Shown: positions 8,723-18,232 of the stretch, in pieces
How positions within the stretch are numbered: the first letter of the stretch is position 1
How the letters are laid out: each line of letters opens with the position of its first letter
From: a bacterium
GTDB lineage: Bacteria > Krumholzibacteriota > Krumholzibacteriia > LZORAL124-64-63
Direction of reading: 5' to 3'
Assembly: GCA_016719645.1 (NCBI GenBank)
Contig: JADJYS010000014.1
Coordinates: 69,467-133,466 of the forward strand
DNA length: 64,000 bases
The notes under the pieces: model-generated
What the model was told of the DNA's origin: nothing
Seen by the model: only the letters and a program-made list of their open reading frames with translations
Databases searched by the model: none
Program-made: the position numbers and the translations under genes

Positions 8723-11038
8723 CTAGCCGGGGAGCGCGCCGAGCACCTTCTCCGGCGTGACCGGCAGCTCCCGCACCCGCGCCCCCACCGCCGCCGCCAC
8801 CGCGTTGGCGATCGCCGCCGGCGGCGTGTCGATGCCGATCTCCCCGACGCTCTTGGCCCCGTACGGCCCGCTCGGCTCGTGGCTCGCCACGAGCTCCGCC
8901 CTGATCGACGGGATGTCCTCGCGCCCCGGGATCTTGTAGCTCATCAGGTCGCGCGTCCGCAGGTGGCCCTGCGGCCCGTACACGACCTCCTCCCACAGCG
9001 CCATGCCGATGCCCTGCGCCAGCCCGCCCTCGACCTGCACCAGCGCCAGGTTCGGGTTGATGGCCTGGCCGCAGTCCACCACCGCCACGTAGTCCACGAG
9101 CGTGACCTCGCCGGTGGCCGCATCCACCTCGACCTCGGCGAAGGCGGCCATGTACGGCGGCGGCGACTTCTCGCAGAGGTGGCTGCCGGTGGTCATCAGC
9201 TGCTTCTGGTGCTCGTTGTAGAGCAGCTTCGCCGACAGGTCCCGCAGCGTGATCGCGCCGTCCGGCCCGCGCACCTCGCTCCCGTCGAACGCCGCCCGCG
9301 CCGGCTCGCACCCCAGCGACCGCGCCCCCTCGACCAGGATCTCGGCGCGCATCTTCAGCGCCGCCTCGCGCACCGCGTGTCCCGAGACGTAGGTCGTGCT
9401 CGAGGCGTAGGCGCCGGTGTCGAAGGGCGTGCGGTCGGTGTCCGAGGCGTAGACGATGATGTCGCCGGTCGGCACGCCGAGGGTCTCGGCCGCGATCTGC
9501 GCCAGGATCGTGTCGCTGCCGGTGCCGAGGTCCGTCGCCCCGATCAGCAGGTTGAACGAGCCGAAGTCGTTGAGCTTGAGCGTCGCGGCCGCCATGTCGA
9601 TGGTCGGGATGCCCGAGCCCTGCATCGCCAGGGCCATGCCCAGGCCGCGGAACACGCCGGGCGCCACCTCGCGCCGCGGGCCCTTGGCGTCCCAGCCGAT
9701 CAGCTCCCTGCCGCGGCGGATGCACTCGGGCAGCTTGCAGCTCTCGACGATCATCTCCACGCCCTCGGTGCCCTCGCCCATGATGGCGAAGATGGGCGAG
9801 GTCTCCCCCTCGGCGATCATGTTCTTCTCTCTCAGGACGATCGGGTCGAGCCCCAGCTCGCCCGCCAGCTCGTCCAGCGCCGACTCCAGGGCGAAGTTGC
9901 CCTGGATCGCCCCGTAGCCGCGGTAGGCGCCGCCCGGCACGCGGTTGGTGTAGACCGTGCGGCCGCCGAAGCGCACCGCCTCGACCTTGTTGTACAGGGG
10001 CAGCGTCTTGGCGCCGGCCACCATGAACACCGTCAGGGCGTGCTCGCCGTAGGCGCCGGTGTCGGACAGCACCTCCAGGTCGATGGCGCGCAGCGTGCCG
10101 TCGCGGTCGGCGCCCAGGGTCACGTCCAGGCGCATCGGGTGGCGCGTGTTGGTGGCCTCGAAGACCTCGCGCCGCGTGTAGACCATCTTGGCGGGCCGGC
10201 CCGTGCGCAGCGTCGCCAGCGCGCAGTACAGCTCGCCGTGGAGCATCTGCTTGCCGCCGAAGCCGCCGCCGATGCGCGGCTTCACGACGCGGATCTCCTT
10301 CACCTCGCGCTCCAGGGCGCGGGCCATGATGCGCCGCACGTGCCACGGCGTCTGCGTCGAGCTCATGACGTTCAGCCGCCCGTGCACGTCCAGCCAGGTG
10401 CAGGCGCAGTGGGGCTCCAGCGCCACGTGCTGCTGGGCCTGCGTGTAGTAGCGCCGGCGCAGCACGACCTCGGACCCCGCGACGACCGCGTCCACGTCCC
10501 CCACGTGCATGCTGTAGGCGCTGGCGACGTTGCGCCGCGGCTCGAAGCCGATCGGGAAGTTCTCGTGGATCTCCGGCTCGGGGTGCAGCACGACGGGGTT
10601 GTCCAGCGCGGCCTCGAAGTCCAGCACCGCCGGCAGCACCTCGTACTCCACGCGCACCGCGCGCGCCGCCTCGCGGGCCTGCTCCTCGGTCTCGGCCGCG
10701 ACGATGGCGGCCTCGTCGCCCACGTGGCGCACGTACTCGTCCAGGATGAAGCGGTCGCGGGGCGAGGGCTCGGGGTGCCCCTGGCCGGCGCGCGTCACCG
10801 CCACGCGCGGCACGTCCCTCCAGGTGAAGGCCGCCAGCACGCCGGGCATCGCCAGCGCCGCGGCCGTGTCGACCGACAGGATGCGGGCGTGGGCGTGCGG
10901 GCTGCGCACCGCCACCACGCACAGCGATTCGCGCGGCGCCAGGTCGTCGGTGTAGGCGGGCGTGCCGCGCACCAGGCCCAGGGCGTCGATCTTGGGCAGG
11001 GACCTGCCGACTTCCCGCAGTCCGTCGTCTCGCTTCAT
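8723..11038 (-). CDS. Xanthine dehydrogenase family molybdopterin-binding large subunit (CoxL-like aldehyde oxidoreductase/hydroxylase)
   Basis: Starts MKRDDGLREVGRSLPKIDALGLVRGTPAYTDD. 771 aa. VPGGAYRGYGAIQG rather than the CODH AYXCSFR motif. ATGA overlap with the upstream FeS subunit. Confidence 0.9.
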   Translation of the reverse strand: MKRDDGLREVGRSLPKIDALGLVRGTPAYTDDLAPRESLCVVAVRSPHAHARILSVDTAAALAMPGVLAAFTWRDVPRVAVTRAGQGHPEPSPRDRFILDEYVRHVGDEAAIVAAETEEQAREAARAVRVEYEVLPAVLDFEAALDNPVVLHPEPEIHENFPIGFEPRRNVASAYSMHVGDVDAVVAGSEVVLRRRYYTQAQQHVALEPHCACTWLDVHGRLNVMSSTQTPWHVRRIMARALEREVKEIRVVKPRIGGGFGGKQMLHGELYCALATLRTGRPAKMVYTRREVFEATNTRHPMRLDVTLGADRDGTLRAIDLEVLSDTGAYGEHALTVFMVAGAKTLPLYNKVEAVRFGGRTVYTNRVPGGAYRGYGAIQGNFALESALDELAGELGLDPIVLREKNMIAEGETSPIFAIMGEGTEGVEMIVESCKLPECIRRGRELIGWDAKGPRREVAPGVFRGLGMALAMQGSGIPTIDMAAATLKLNDFGSFNLLIGATDLGTGSDTILAQIAAETLGVPTGDIIVYASDTDRTPFDTGAYASSTTYVSGHAVREAALKMRAEILVEGARSLGCEPARAAFDGSEVRGPDGAITLRDLSAKLLYNEHQKQLMTTGSHLCEKSPPPYMAAFAEVEVDAATGEVTLVDYVAVVDCGQAINPNLALVQVEGGLAQGIGMALWEEVVYGPQGHLRTRDLMSYKIPGREDIPSIRAELVASHEPSGPYGAKSVGEIGIDTPPAAIANAVAAAVGARVRELPVTPEKVLGALPG

Positions 11039-11487
11039 CGCGCCTCCTGCAGGTAGCGGCGGATCGCGCGGGTCTGGCTGACGTAGCCGCCGCAGCGGCA
11101 GAGGTTGCCGGCCAGGTAGTGGTTGATCGCCTCGTCGTCCGGGTCGTCCAGCTCCCGGCTCATCGCCACGACCGCGACCACCAGCCCGGGCGCGCAGAAG
11201 CCGCACTGGTCGGCCCCCTCGGCCGCCAGGCAGGCGCCCAGATGCGCCGCCGCCTCGGGCAGCCCCTCGACCGTGGTCACCTCGCGGCCGTCGGCGCGCG
11301 GCGCGGGCACCGCGCACGAGGGCACCGGCGCGCCGTCCAGCAGCACCGTGCAGGTGCCGCACGAGGCGGTGTCGCAGCCGCGCTTCACGCTCAGCACGCC
11401 GTGGCGCCGCAGCGCGTCCAGCAGCGCCTCGCCGGGCTCGACGTCCCAGTCCGCGCGCCGTCCGTTCAGGACCAGGGAGATGTTCAT
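11035..11487 (-). CDS. (2Fe-2S)-binding small subunit of XDH-family hydroxylase (CoxS-like)
   Basis: 150 aa. CGTCTV and CGFC...CRCGGY cysteine motifs. Overlapping start/stop with both flanking genes. Confidence 0.9.
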   Translation of the reverse strand: MNISLVLNGRRADWDVEPGEALLDALRRHGVLSVKRGCDTASCGTCTVLLDGAPVPSCAVPAPRADGREVTTVEGLPEAAAHLGACLAAEGADQCGFCAPGLVVAVVAMSRELDDPDDEAINHYLAGNLCRCGGYVSQTRAIRRYLQEAR

Positions 11488-12260
11488 GCCAGGACCTCCT
11501 CGACCGCGCGCGTCACCAGCGCGGCGCACACCCGGCGGCGGTAGTCCGCCGAAGCCCGCAGGTCGTCGCCGAAGTCCAGCTCCGCGGCCGCCGCCGCGCC
11601 CGCGCCGCGCGCGTCCCCGGCCGCGGCCGCCTGCATGGCCCCGCGCGCCAGCCGCGCCGCGCCGGGCCGCGCCCCCACGGCGACCCTCACCGCGCCGCCG
11701 TCGCCGACCGCCGCCACGTTCAGCACCGCGAAGTCCGTCCGCACCCGCGTCAGGTCCCGCCAGGCGCAGCGCGCCGCCGTCGTCGGCACCACCACTTCGA
11801 CCAGCACGTCGCGCGCCGTCGCCTTGTCGGCCAGGAAATGCTCCAGGGGCTTGCGCCCGCCGCGCTCCAGCACGACGTCGGCGCCGAGCGCCAGCAGCGC
11901 CGTGGTCAGGTTGGCGAAGGCGTAGCGCCCGGCCACCGTGCCGCCCACGGTCACGATGTTGCGCACCTGCACCCCGACGATGTTCTGCACGCACCGCCCC
12001 AGCAGCCCGCCGCAGCAGTCCCGCACCACGACGTCGGTCTCCAGGCGCCGGTAGGTCACCATGGCCCCGAGCCGCAGCGCCCCGTCCTCGACGCGCACCT
12101 GGTCGAGCCCGGCGTCGCACAGGTCGACGGCCGTCTCGTACCCCCGCGAGGCGAGGCGCAGGTAGGCCCCGCCCCCGATCAGCGCCGCGCGCTCGTCCCC
12201 TTCGATCAAGGAGAGCGCCTCGGCGGCCGACTTCGGCCGCAAATATGCCTTCACCGCCAT
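11484..12260 (-). CDS. FAD-binding subunit of XDH-family hydroxylase (CoxM-like)
   Basis: 258 aa. MAVKAYLRPKSAAEALSL...GGGAYL. ATG at 12260..12258 in the frame of track ORF 11484..13769. Confidence 0.85.
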   Translation of the reverse strand: MAVKAYLRPKSAAEALSLIEGDERAALIGGGAYLRLASRGYETAVDLCDAGLDQVRVEDGALRLGAMVTYRRLETDVVVRDCCGGLLGRCVQNIVGVQVRNIVTVGGTVAGRYAFANLTTALLALGADVVLERGGRKPLEHFLADKATARDVLVEVVVPTTAARCAWRDLTRVRTDFAVLNVAAVGDGGAVRVAVGARPGAARLARGAMQAAAAGDARGAGAAAAAELDFGDDLRASADYRRRVCAALVTRAVEEVLA

Positions 12261-12346
12261 GGACCCATCCCTTCCGGTCGCCCTGGACTTGAGCTCGCAG
12301 ATTTGAAGTGTAGCATCCGCACGGTGACCGACCAAGTGCGGCCTAC

Positions 12347-12492
12347 GTCCCGGGTCCACACACGCGTCCTGTCGGGGGGCGCTTGCCGGGCACATCCTGT
12401 GCCCGGCATCGCTTGGCTGTCGGGCTCCGGCGCCCTCCTGGCGCCGGAACCCGGCAGACACCCCCGACAGGACGCGTGTGTGGACCCGGGAC
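12347..12492. repeat. MITE/REP-like structured repeat, copy 1 (32-bp perfect terminal inverted repeats, two internal hairpins)
   Basis: 12347..12378 is the exact reverse complement of 12461..12492. Internal hairpins GCCGGGCACAtccTGTGCCCGGC and CCGGCGCCctccTGGCGCCGG. About 88% identical to the reverse complement of the element at 22213..22400. Confidence 0.6.
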
Positions 12493-12523
12493 GAGATGGA
12501 TGTGGGCAGAAAACAGCGTTGAT

Positions 12524-13741
12524 TCAGCTCACGAGCAGCAGCAGTCCCTTGAGGTACTCGCCTTCGCGGTGGCCCAGCATCCAGGGGTGGTCGGGGCCGC
12601 CGGAGAGGCGGCGCAGCACGCGGGCGCGGCGGCCGGCGGCGAGCACGGCTTCCTGGGCCACCTGCTGGAAGCGCAGCAGGTTCATCGCCTGGCTGCAGGA
12701 GAAGGTCAGCAGCAGGCCGCCGGGCGCCAGCTTGTCGATGCCCAGGCGGTTGATCTCGCGGTAGCCGCGCTCGGCCCCGTCGAGCTCGCGCTGCGAGCGG
12801 GCGAACTTCGGCGGGTCGAGGATGACCAGGTCGTAGCGGTCGCGGCCCGGGCGCAGGAAGCGGAACACGTCCTCGCGCTGCACCAGGCCGGCCGCCTCGG
12901 GGAAGCCGTTGCGCCGCAGGTTGCGCTCCGCCGCCGCGCAGGCCGATTTCGAGGCGTCCACCGACACCACGTTCTCGGCGCCGCCCGCGGCCGCCGACAT
13001 CGAGAAGCCGCCGGTGTAGGCGAAGCAGTTCAGGACGCGGCGGTCGCGCGCCAGGGTGCCGACGAGCGCGCGGTTCTCGCGCTGGTCGAGGTAGAGGCCG
13101 GTCTTGTGGCCCGCTTCGGGCGAGGTCTCGTAGACCAGCCCGTTCTCGCGCACCAGCACCGGGTCGGTCAGCGCGCCCGCCAGCAGGCCGCGGACCGCCT
13201 CGAGCCCCTCGTCGGTCCGGGTGCGGGAATCGCTGCGCTCGAAGACGAAGGTCGGGGCGAGGTGCTCGGTCAAGGCGGCGAGCACTTCTTCGCGCCAGCG
13301 CTCGGCGCCCGCGGTCAGGAACTGCAGGACCAGGCCCGTCCCGTAGCGGTCGATGACCAGGCCCGGCAGGCCGTCGCCCTCGGAGTTCACCAGGCGGTAG
13401 CAGTCGGTCCGCTCCTCGCCCCCGGCGCCCAGCCGCCCGCCGTCGCCCAGGCCCAGGGCGGCGCGCGCGGCGACGGCCTCGCCCAGGCGGTCGCGCAGCA
13501 GGCGGCGCGTCACCGGACCCTCGAGGCTGACGATCCGCCCGGCCAGCAGCGACCGCGTGTTGACGTAGCCCCAGCCCAGCGCAGCGCCGTCCTGGGTCGT
13601 GAACGCGCACGGGTCGCCCGGCGCCTGGTAGCCCATCACGCGGGCGATCGAACCCTTGAAGATCCAGGGATGCCTGCCGGGCTCCGCGTCCTCGCGGCCG
13701 GGCTTGACGACGACGGTGCAGGTGGTGCGTGGGGCGGTCAT
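12524..13741 (-). CDS. rlmI: Class I SAM-dependent rRNA methyltransferase (RlmI/RlmK-like, PUA + MTase)
   Basis: MTAPRTTCTVVVKPGREDAEPGRHPWIFKGSI...NCFAYTGGFS...YDLVILDPPKFA. ATGA overlap with the upstream lipoprotein gene. Confidence 0.75.
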   Translation of the reverse strand: MTAPRTTCTVVVKPGREDAEPGRHPWIFKGSIARVMGYQAPGDPCAFTTQDGAALGWGYVNTRSLLAGRIVSLEGPVTRRLLRDRLGEAVAARAALGLGDGGRLGAGGEERTDCYRLVNSEGDGLPGLVIDRYGTGLVLQFLTAGAERWREEVLAALTEHLAPTFVFERSDSRTRTDEGLEAVRGLLAGALTDPVLVRENGLVYETSPEAGHKTGLYLDQRENRALVGTLARDRRVLNCFAYTGGFSMSAAAGGAENVVSVDASKSACAAAERNLRRNGFPEAAGLVQREDVFRFLRPGRDRYDLVILDPPKFARSQRELDGAERGYREINRLGIDKLAPGGLLLTFSCSQAMNLLRFQQVAQEAVLAAGRRARVLRRLSGGPDHPWMLGHREGEYLKGLLLLVS

Positions 13742-14199
13742 GGCGCCCCGGCGTCCGGCCGCTCGGCATCGCACGGCTGGCGGCGCAGGCGGCGCCACAC
13801 CTCGTCGATCACGTAGCGGCGCCCCTTGGCCACGAAGTCCGCGGCGTGGTGCCAGAGGTCCCCCTCGAGCCGGCAGCTGAAAGCGACCTTCTCGCCCATC
13901 AGCGCCTCGTTCGAGTGGATGCGGATGCACTCGGTGTAGACGCCGTCGCGGTAGCTCCAGGTTCCCGCGCCGCCGTCGAACTTGCCGGCGGCCCGCCCGG
14001 TGGTGGCGAACGCGTCGTCGGTCACGAGCTTGACGATGTCGCCCGGCCCCGGCGACTCGCCGGCCGGATAACGGTGTTCTCCGTCCCGGACCAGGATCCA
14101 GGAGCCGCGCAGGTCGGGGGACGTCCCGGCGCACCCGGACAGCAGGGAGAGGATCAGCAGGGTCGCGGCGCCGCACGCCGACAAACGTCGTTTCGACAT
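13738..14199 (-). CDS. Lipoprotein of unknown function
   Basis: MSKRRLSACGAATLLILSLLSGC lipobox. GGAGG 7 nt upstream. Translationally coupled to rlmI. Confidence 0.7.
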   Translation of the reverse strand: MSKRRLSACGAATLLILSLLSGCAGTSPDLRGSWILVRDGEHRYPAGESPGPGDIVKLVTDDAFATTGRAAGKFDGGAGTWSYRDGVYTECIRIHSNEALMGEKVAFSCRLEGDLWHHAADFVAKGRRYVIDEVWRRLRRQPCDAERPDAGAP

Positions 14200-14301
14200 G
14201 GTTCGACCTCCAGGCAACGGGGCGCCCGCATGGGAACAGGTCCCCGGATCGGGGTCAAGCGTATCCTCAGGGATCCCGGTCCGAACGGGCTCCTGCCGCG
14301 A

Positions 14302-14317
14302 TGTTGAATATTCAACA
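14302..14317. promoter_or_regulatory. 16-bp perfect palindrome TGTTGAATATTCAACA in the AT-rich divergent promoter region
   Basis: Read directly. Lies between divergently transcribed 13738..14199(-) and 14517..15347(+). Confidence 0.3.
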
Positions 14318-14443
14318 GGAATTTATCTTGACGTTTGGTTTGTTCGTGATATCGTGGTCCCGGTTCTCGGCTGGGGGGCCGGGAATGAGCTTACCATTTG
14401 TGAATTCGCATGCTTTCGACGTCGATTTTTAGCGATGTCGCTA

Positions 14444-14476
14444 TAGACTACCCGCGAAGTCTCCATTATAATGGAG
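14444..14476 (+). promoter_or_regulatory. Candidate sigma70-type promoter (TAGACT-17 bp-TATAAT); the -10 box is embedded in the 16-bp palindrome CTCCATTATAATGGAG
   Basis: -35 at 14444..14449, -10 at 14467..14472, palindrome at 14461..14476, about 40 bp upstream of the 14517 CDS. Confidence 0.35.
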
Positions 14477-14516
14477 CACTCTCACGGATGATCAAGCAGC
14501 GATCAGCCTGACAATC

Positions 14517-15347
14517 ATGGTGCGAGTGCACCACGTGGAAGCGAACATCAGAGGGGTCCGGTCGAAGATCATGGTCAATTTCAGTGACAACGCGCAAGCC
14601 ACGCTTCCGCACCCGGCGGCTCTCCCGAGCATCGGCCATGAAACAGCACGACTGTTTCAGGACCTGGAGCGGACCGCGCCCCGCGGCGAGCCGCGCCATT
14701 CGCCGCTGTACCTCGGCCTGCGCCGCGCCAGCGACATCGCCGTGTCCGTCATCGCGCTGTCCCTGTTCGCGGCCCTGCTGCCGCTGATCGCCTTGGCGAT
14801 CGTCGTGGACTCGCGCGGCCCGGTCTTCTACTCCCAGACCCGCATCGGCCGCAACCAGCGCCGCCGCAACGCCGGCCACGCCAGCTGCGAGCGCCGCAAG
14901 GTGATCTACCCGGGCCGCCCCTTCCGCATCTGGAAGCTGCGCTCCATGCGGACCGACGCCGAGCGCAACGGCCCCCAGCTGGCCCAGGCCGGCGACGCCC
15001 GCATCACGCGGGTCGGCCGTTTCCTGCGCCAGACGCGCCTGGACGAGGTGCCCCAGTTCTGGAACGTCCTGAGGGGCGAGATGACCCTGATCGGGCCCCG
15101 CCCCGAGCGGCTGTGCTTCGTCCGCCAGTACGAGGCCACGGTGCCCGGCTACCTCGCGCGGCTGGACGCCCTGCCCGGCATCACCGGCCTGGCCCAGGTG
15201 AACAACGGCTACGACGAGGACCTGCGCTCGGTCCAGCGCAAGCTGCGCCTGGACACCTTCTACATCACCCGGGCGAGCTGGACGCTGGATCTGCGCATCC
15301 TGCTGTCCACGGTCCGCGTGGTCCTGACGGGCGAGGGCGCGCGCTGA
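14517..15347 (+). CDS. Polyprenyl-phosphate sugar phosphotransferase (bacterial sugar transferase, PglC/WbaP C-terminal-domain family)
   Basis: One TM segment followed by ...PGRPFRIWKLRSMRTDAE...DEVPQFWNVLRGEMTLIGPRPE..LPGITGLAQV. An alternative start at 14571 is possible. Confidence 0.8.
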   Translation: MVRVHHVEANIRGVRSKIMVNFSDNAQATLPHPAALPSIGHETARLFQDLERTAPRGEPRHSPLYLGLRRASDIAVSVIALSLFAALLPLIALAIVVDSRGPVFYSQTRIGRNQRRRNAGHASCERRKVIYPGRPFRIWKLRSMRTDAERNGPQLAQAGDARITRVGRFLRQTRLDEVPQFWNVLRGEMTLIGPRPERLCFVRQYEATVPGYLARLDALPGITGLAQVNNGYDEDLRSVQRKLRLDTFYITRASWTLDLRILLSTVRVVLTGEGAR

Positions 15348-15512
15348 CGCGCCCCCGCCTCGAACCTCGACACCCCTCCTCTTCTTTTTGCACGGATCCC
15401 TCTTTTTGATGTATCATTGTAGGATGTCGGCTCGGGAACCCAGCCGCCCCGTGTCCGGACGACCACCCGTGGGATCGAATCCCATGCATCCCCACACACC
15501 CGATCCGCGAGG

Positions 15513-18053
15513 ATGACAACGATGTCCAAAGTCGGAACCGAGGTCTTGTCCGCCCGCCACGCCGCCGCGCGTTGGGCCGTCCCGGCGCTGCTGCTGACGG
15601 CCGCCCTGCTGGCGATCCTGAGCCTGAACGCCGCGGCCGCCGACCGCGCCGCCAGCCCCGCCGCGTCCGCCGGCCTGCGCCCGTTGGCGGAGGTCGCGGT
15701 CTTCGCCGCCGACGTCGTCGACCGCGACCAGGCCCTCGCCGAGGACGACGTCCGCGCCCGCGACGGCGAGCCGCCCCGCTTCGCGATCCCCCAGCCGGCC
15801 TTCATCGCGCCGGACACCCACGGCTCGTGGGAGGTCCTGAACGAGAGCACCCGGCTGTGGCGCCTGCGCATCTCCAGCCCCGGCGCGCTGTCGCTGAACC
15901 TCGGGTTCACGCGCTTCGTCATGCCCGAGACCGGCCGCCTGCTGATCTACCCGGCCGACCTGTCGCAGCCGGCGATCGCCTTCACCGCCGCGGACAACCG
16001 CGACCACGGCCAGCTCTGGACGCCGATCATCCCCGGCGACGAGATGGTCGTCGAGGTGCAGATCGCGGCCAAGGCCGCGGCCGACCTGGAGCTGGAGCTG
16101 ACCTCGGTGAACGTGGGCTACAAGACCTTCGGCGAGACCCTGGTCGACAAGTCCGGCGCCTGCAACATCGACGTCGTCTGCCCCGAGGGCGACGGCTGGC
16201 GGGACGACATCCAGTCGGTGGCCGTGATCTCCACCGGCGGCAGCACCTTCTGCTCCGGCTTCATGGTCAACAACACCGCCCAGGACGAGCGCTCCTTCTT
16301 CATGACGGCCTACCACTGCGGCATCCACACCTCGCAGGCGCCGACGCTGGTCACCTACTGGAACTTCAACAGCCCGACCTGCGGCCAGCACGGCGGCGGC
16401 TCGCTCTCGCAGTTCCTGACCGGCAGCACCTTCCGCGCCGAGTCCAGCGCGTCGGACTTCACGCTGGTCGAGCTGAACTCCGTGCCCGACGCTTCCTGGA
16501 ACGTCGCCTACGCGGGCTGGGACCGCGGCGCCCAGAATCCGACCTCGGCCACCGCGATCCACCATCCCAACACCGACGAGAAGAGCATCAGCTTCGAGAA
16601 CGATCCCCTGACCACGACCACCTACCTGCAGGAGGCCGTGCCCGGCAACGGCACACACCTGCGCGTCGCGGACTGGGACGCGGGCACCACCGAGGGCGGC
16701 TCCTCCGGCTCGCCGCTGTTCAACCAGAACCACCACGTCGTGGGCCAGCTGCACGGCGGCTACGCGGCCTGCGGCAACAACCTCTCGGACTGGTACGGGC
16801 GCTTCTCCCGGTCCTGGACCGGCGGCGGCACTTCGGCCACGCGCCTGAGCAACTGGCTCGACCCGCTGAACACCGGCGCGCAGACGCTCGACCTGCTGGC
16901 GCCCTACGCCAGCGGCCTGCGCGTCGCCCCGGCCTCCGGCCTGTCCACGCAGGGCGACGTCGGCGGCCCGTTCGCGCCCGCGAGCAAGGACTACACGCTG
17001 ACCAACGCCGGCGACGCCGCCGTCGGCTACCTGGTCGCGGCCGACGTGGCCTGGGTCACCGTCGCCAACGGCAGCGGCACGATCCCCGCGGGCGGCGACG
17101 TCGTCGTCACCGTCACGGTCAACGCCGCGGCGAACACGCTGCCGACCGGCGTCCACACCGGCACGCTGTCGTTCACCAACACCACCGACCACGACGGCGA
17201 CCTCACGGCGCCCCTGTCGCTGCAGGCCGGCCTGCCCGAGCTGGTCTACGGGTTCGACATGAGCACCAACCCGGGCTGGACCGTCGAGGGCCAGTGGGCC
17301 TGGGGCGTGCCGACCGGCGCCGGCGGGGCCTACGGCGAGGCCGATCCCACGGGCGGCTGGAACGGCGGCGCGGTCTACGGCTACAACCTGGCCGGCGACT
17401 ACGCCAACAGCCTGCCCGAGCGCCACCTCACCACGACCGCCCTGGACTGCAGCGGCCTGTCGGCGGTCACCCTGAAGTTCCGGCGCTGGCTCAACGTCGA
17501 GCAGCCCGCCTACGACCACGCCTACGTGCGCGTCAGCAACGACGGCGTGAACTGGGTCACGGTCTGGCAGAACACCGCCGAGATCGCCGACGCCGCCTGG
17601 TCCCTCGCCGAGTTCGACATCTCGGCGGTGGCCGACGGGCAGAGCACGGTCTACGTGCGCTGGACCATGGGCAGCACCGATTCCAGCTGGCAGTACTCCG
17701 GCTGGAACCTCGACGAGGTCGAGATCTGGGGCCTCCAGCGCTCGCAGGGCACCGGCGCCGGCGACCTGCCGCAGGCCGGCGCCCGGCTGCGCCCGCTGTC
17801 CCCCAACCCGTTCAACCCGCGCACCGAGGTCCGCTTCGACCTGCCGACGGCCGGCCCGGCCCGCCTCGCGGTCTACGACGTGCGCGGCCACCTGGTGAAG
17901 GTCCTGAGCGACGGCGAGCTGCCCGCGGGCGAGCACGCCGCCGTCTGGGACGGCACCGACGCGCGCGGCCGCGCCATGAGCAGCGGCAGCTACGTCTTCC
18001 GGCTGACGGCCGGCGACGTCGTCCACACCCGCAAGGGGGTGCTGGTCCGCTGA
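15513..18053 (+). CDS. Secreted trypsin-fold serine endopeptidase (lysyl-endopeptidase-like S1 family) with C-terminal T9SS-like domain
   Basis: Signal peptide. Motifs CNIDVVCPEG, TAYHCG and GGSSGSPLF (catalytic Ser). C-terminus NPFNPRTEVRFDLPTAGPARLAVYDVRGHLVKVL...WDGTDARG. Confidence 0.85.
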   Translation: MTTMSKVGTEVLSARHAAARWAVPALLLTAALLAILSLNAAAADRAASPAASAGLRPLAEVAVFAADVVDRDQALAEDDVRARDGEPPRFAIPQPAFIAPDTHGSWEVLNESTRLWRLRISSPGALSLNLGFTRFVMPETGRLLIYPADLSQPAIAFTAADNRDHGQLWTPIIPGDEMVVEVQIAAKAAADLELELTSVNVGYKTFGETLVDKSGACNIDVVCPEGDGWRDDIQSVAVISTGGSTFCSGFMVNNTAQDERSFFMTAYHCGIHTSQAPTLVTYWNFNSPTCGQHGGGSLSQFLTGSTFRAESSASDFTLVELNSVPDASWNVAYAGWDRGAQNPTSATAIHHPNTDEKSISFENDPLTTTTYLQEAVPGNGTHLRVADWDAGTTEGGSSGSPLFNQNHHVVGQLHGGYAACGNNLSDWYGRFSRSWTGGGTSATRLSNWLDPLNTGAQTLDLLAPYASGLRVAPASGLSTQGDVGGPFAPASKDYTLTNAGDAAVGYLVAADVAWVTVANGSGTIPAGGDVVVTVTVNAAANTLPTGVHTGTLSFTNTTDHDGDLTAPLSLQAGLPELVYGFDMSTNPGWTVEGQWAWGVPTGAGGAYGEADPTGGWNGGAVYGYNLAGDYANSLPERHLTTTALDCSGLSAVTLKFRRWLNVEQPAYDHAYVRVSNDGVNWVTVWQNTAEIADAAWSLAEFDISAVADGQSTVYVRWTMGSTDSSWQYSGWNLDEVEIWGLQRSQGTGAGDLPQAGARLRPLSPNPFNPRTEVRFDLPTAGPARLAVYDVRGHLVKVLSDGELPAGEHAAVWDGTDARGRAMSSGSYVFRLTAGDVVHTRKGVLVR

Positions 18054-18081
18054 CGGACCCGCCGGATCCCGGCGTTGCAGG

Positions 18082-18109
18082 GGAGGCGGGACCCTCGGGT
18101 CCCGCCTCC
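18082..18109 (+). terminator. Hairpin GGAGGCGGGACC-ctcg-GGTCCCGCCTCC followed by TTCCGTTCC
   Basis: Perfect 12-bp stem about 30 bp after the protease stop. Confidence 0.5.
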
Positions 18110-18130
18110 TTCCGTTCCGGGAGATGCCGG

Positions 18131-18159
18131 TTGGCCGCCCCCGGCGCCCGTGGTATACT
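18131..18159 (+). promoter_or_regulatory. Candidate promoter TTGGCC-17 bp-TATACT with extended -10 (TGgTATACT)
   Basis: Read directly. About 75 bp upstream of ATG 18233. Confidence 0.4.
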
Positions 18160-18232
18160 GGGCTCGAGCCCTCGGGAGACCGAAGGATCATCTCGCCGGA
18201 CATCCCGAGGGTACCAGCCTGGGAGGGATGCG

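Noticed and set aside
7593-11056. Antisense/alternative-frame ORFs 7593..10922(-), 7646..8692(+), 8879..11056(+) across the GH17 and XDH large-subunit genes
   Set aside because: Arg/Gly-rich and without start-site features. The genuine genes are identified by strong family motifs.
8723-12260. Annotating the Mo/FeS/FAD operon as aerobic CO dehydrogenase (coxMSL)
   Set aside because: The large subunit lacks the CODH active-site loop signature, so only a generic XDH-family call is supported.
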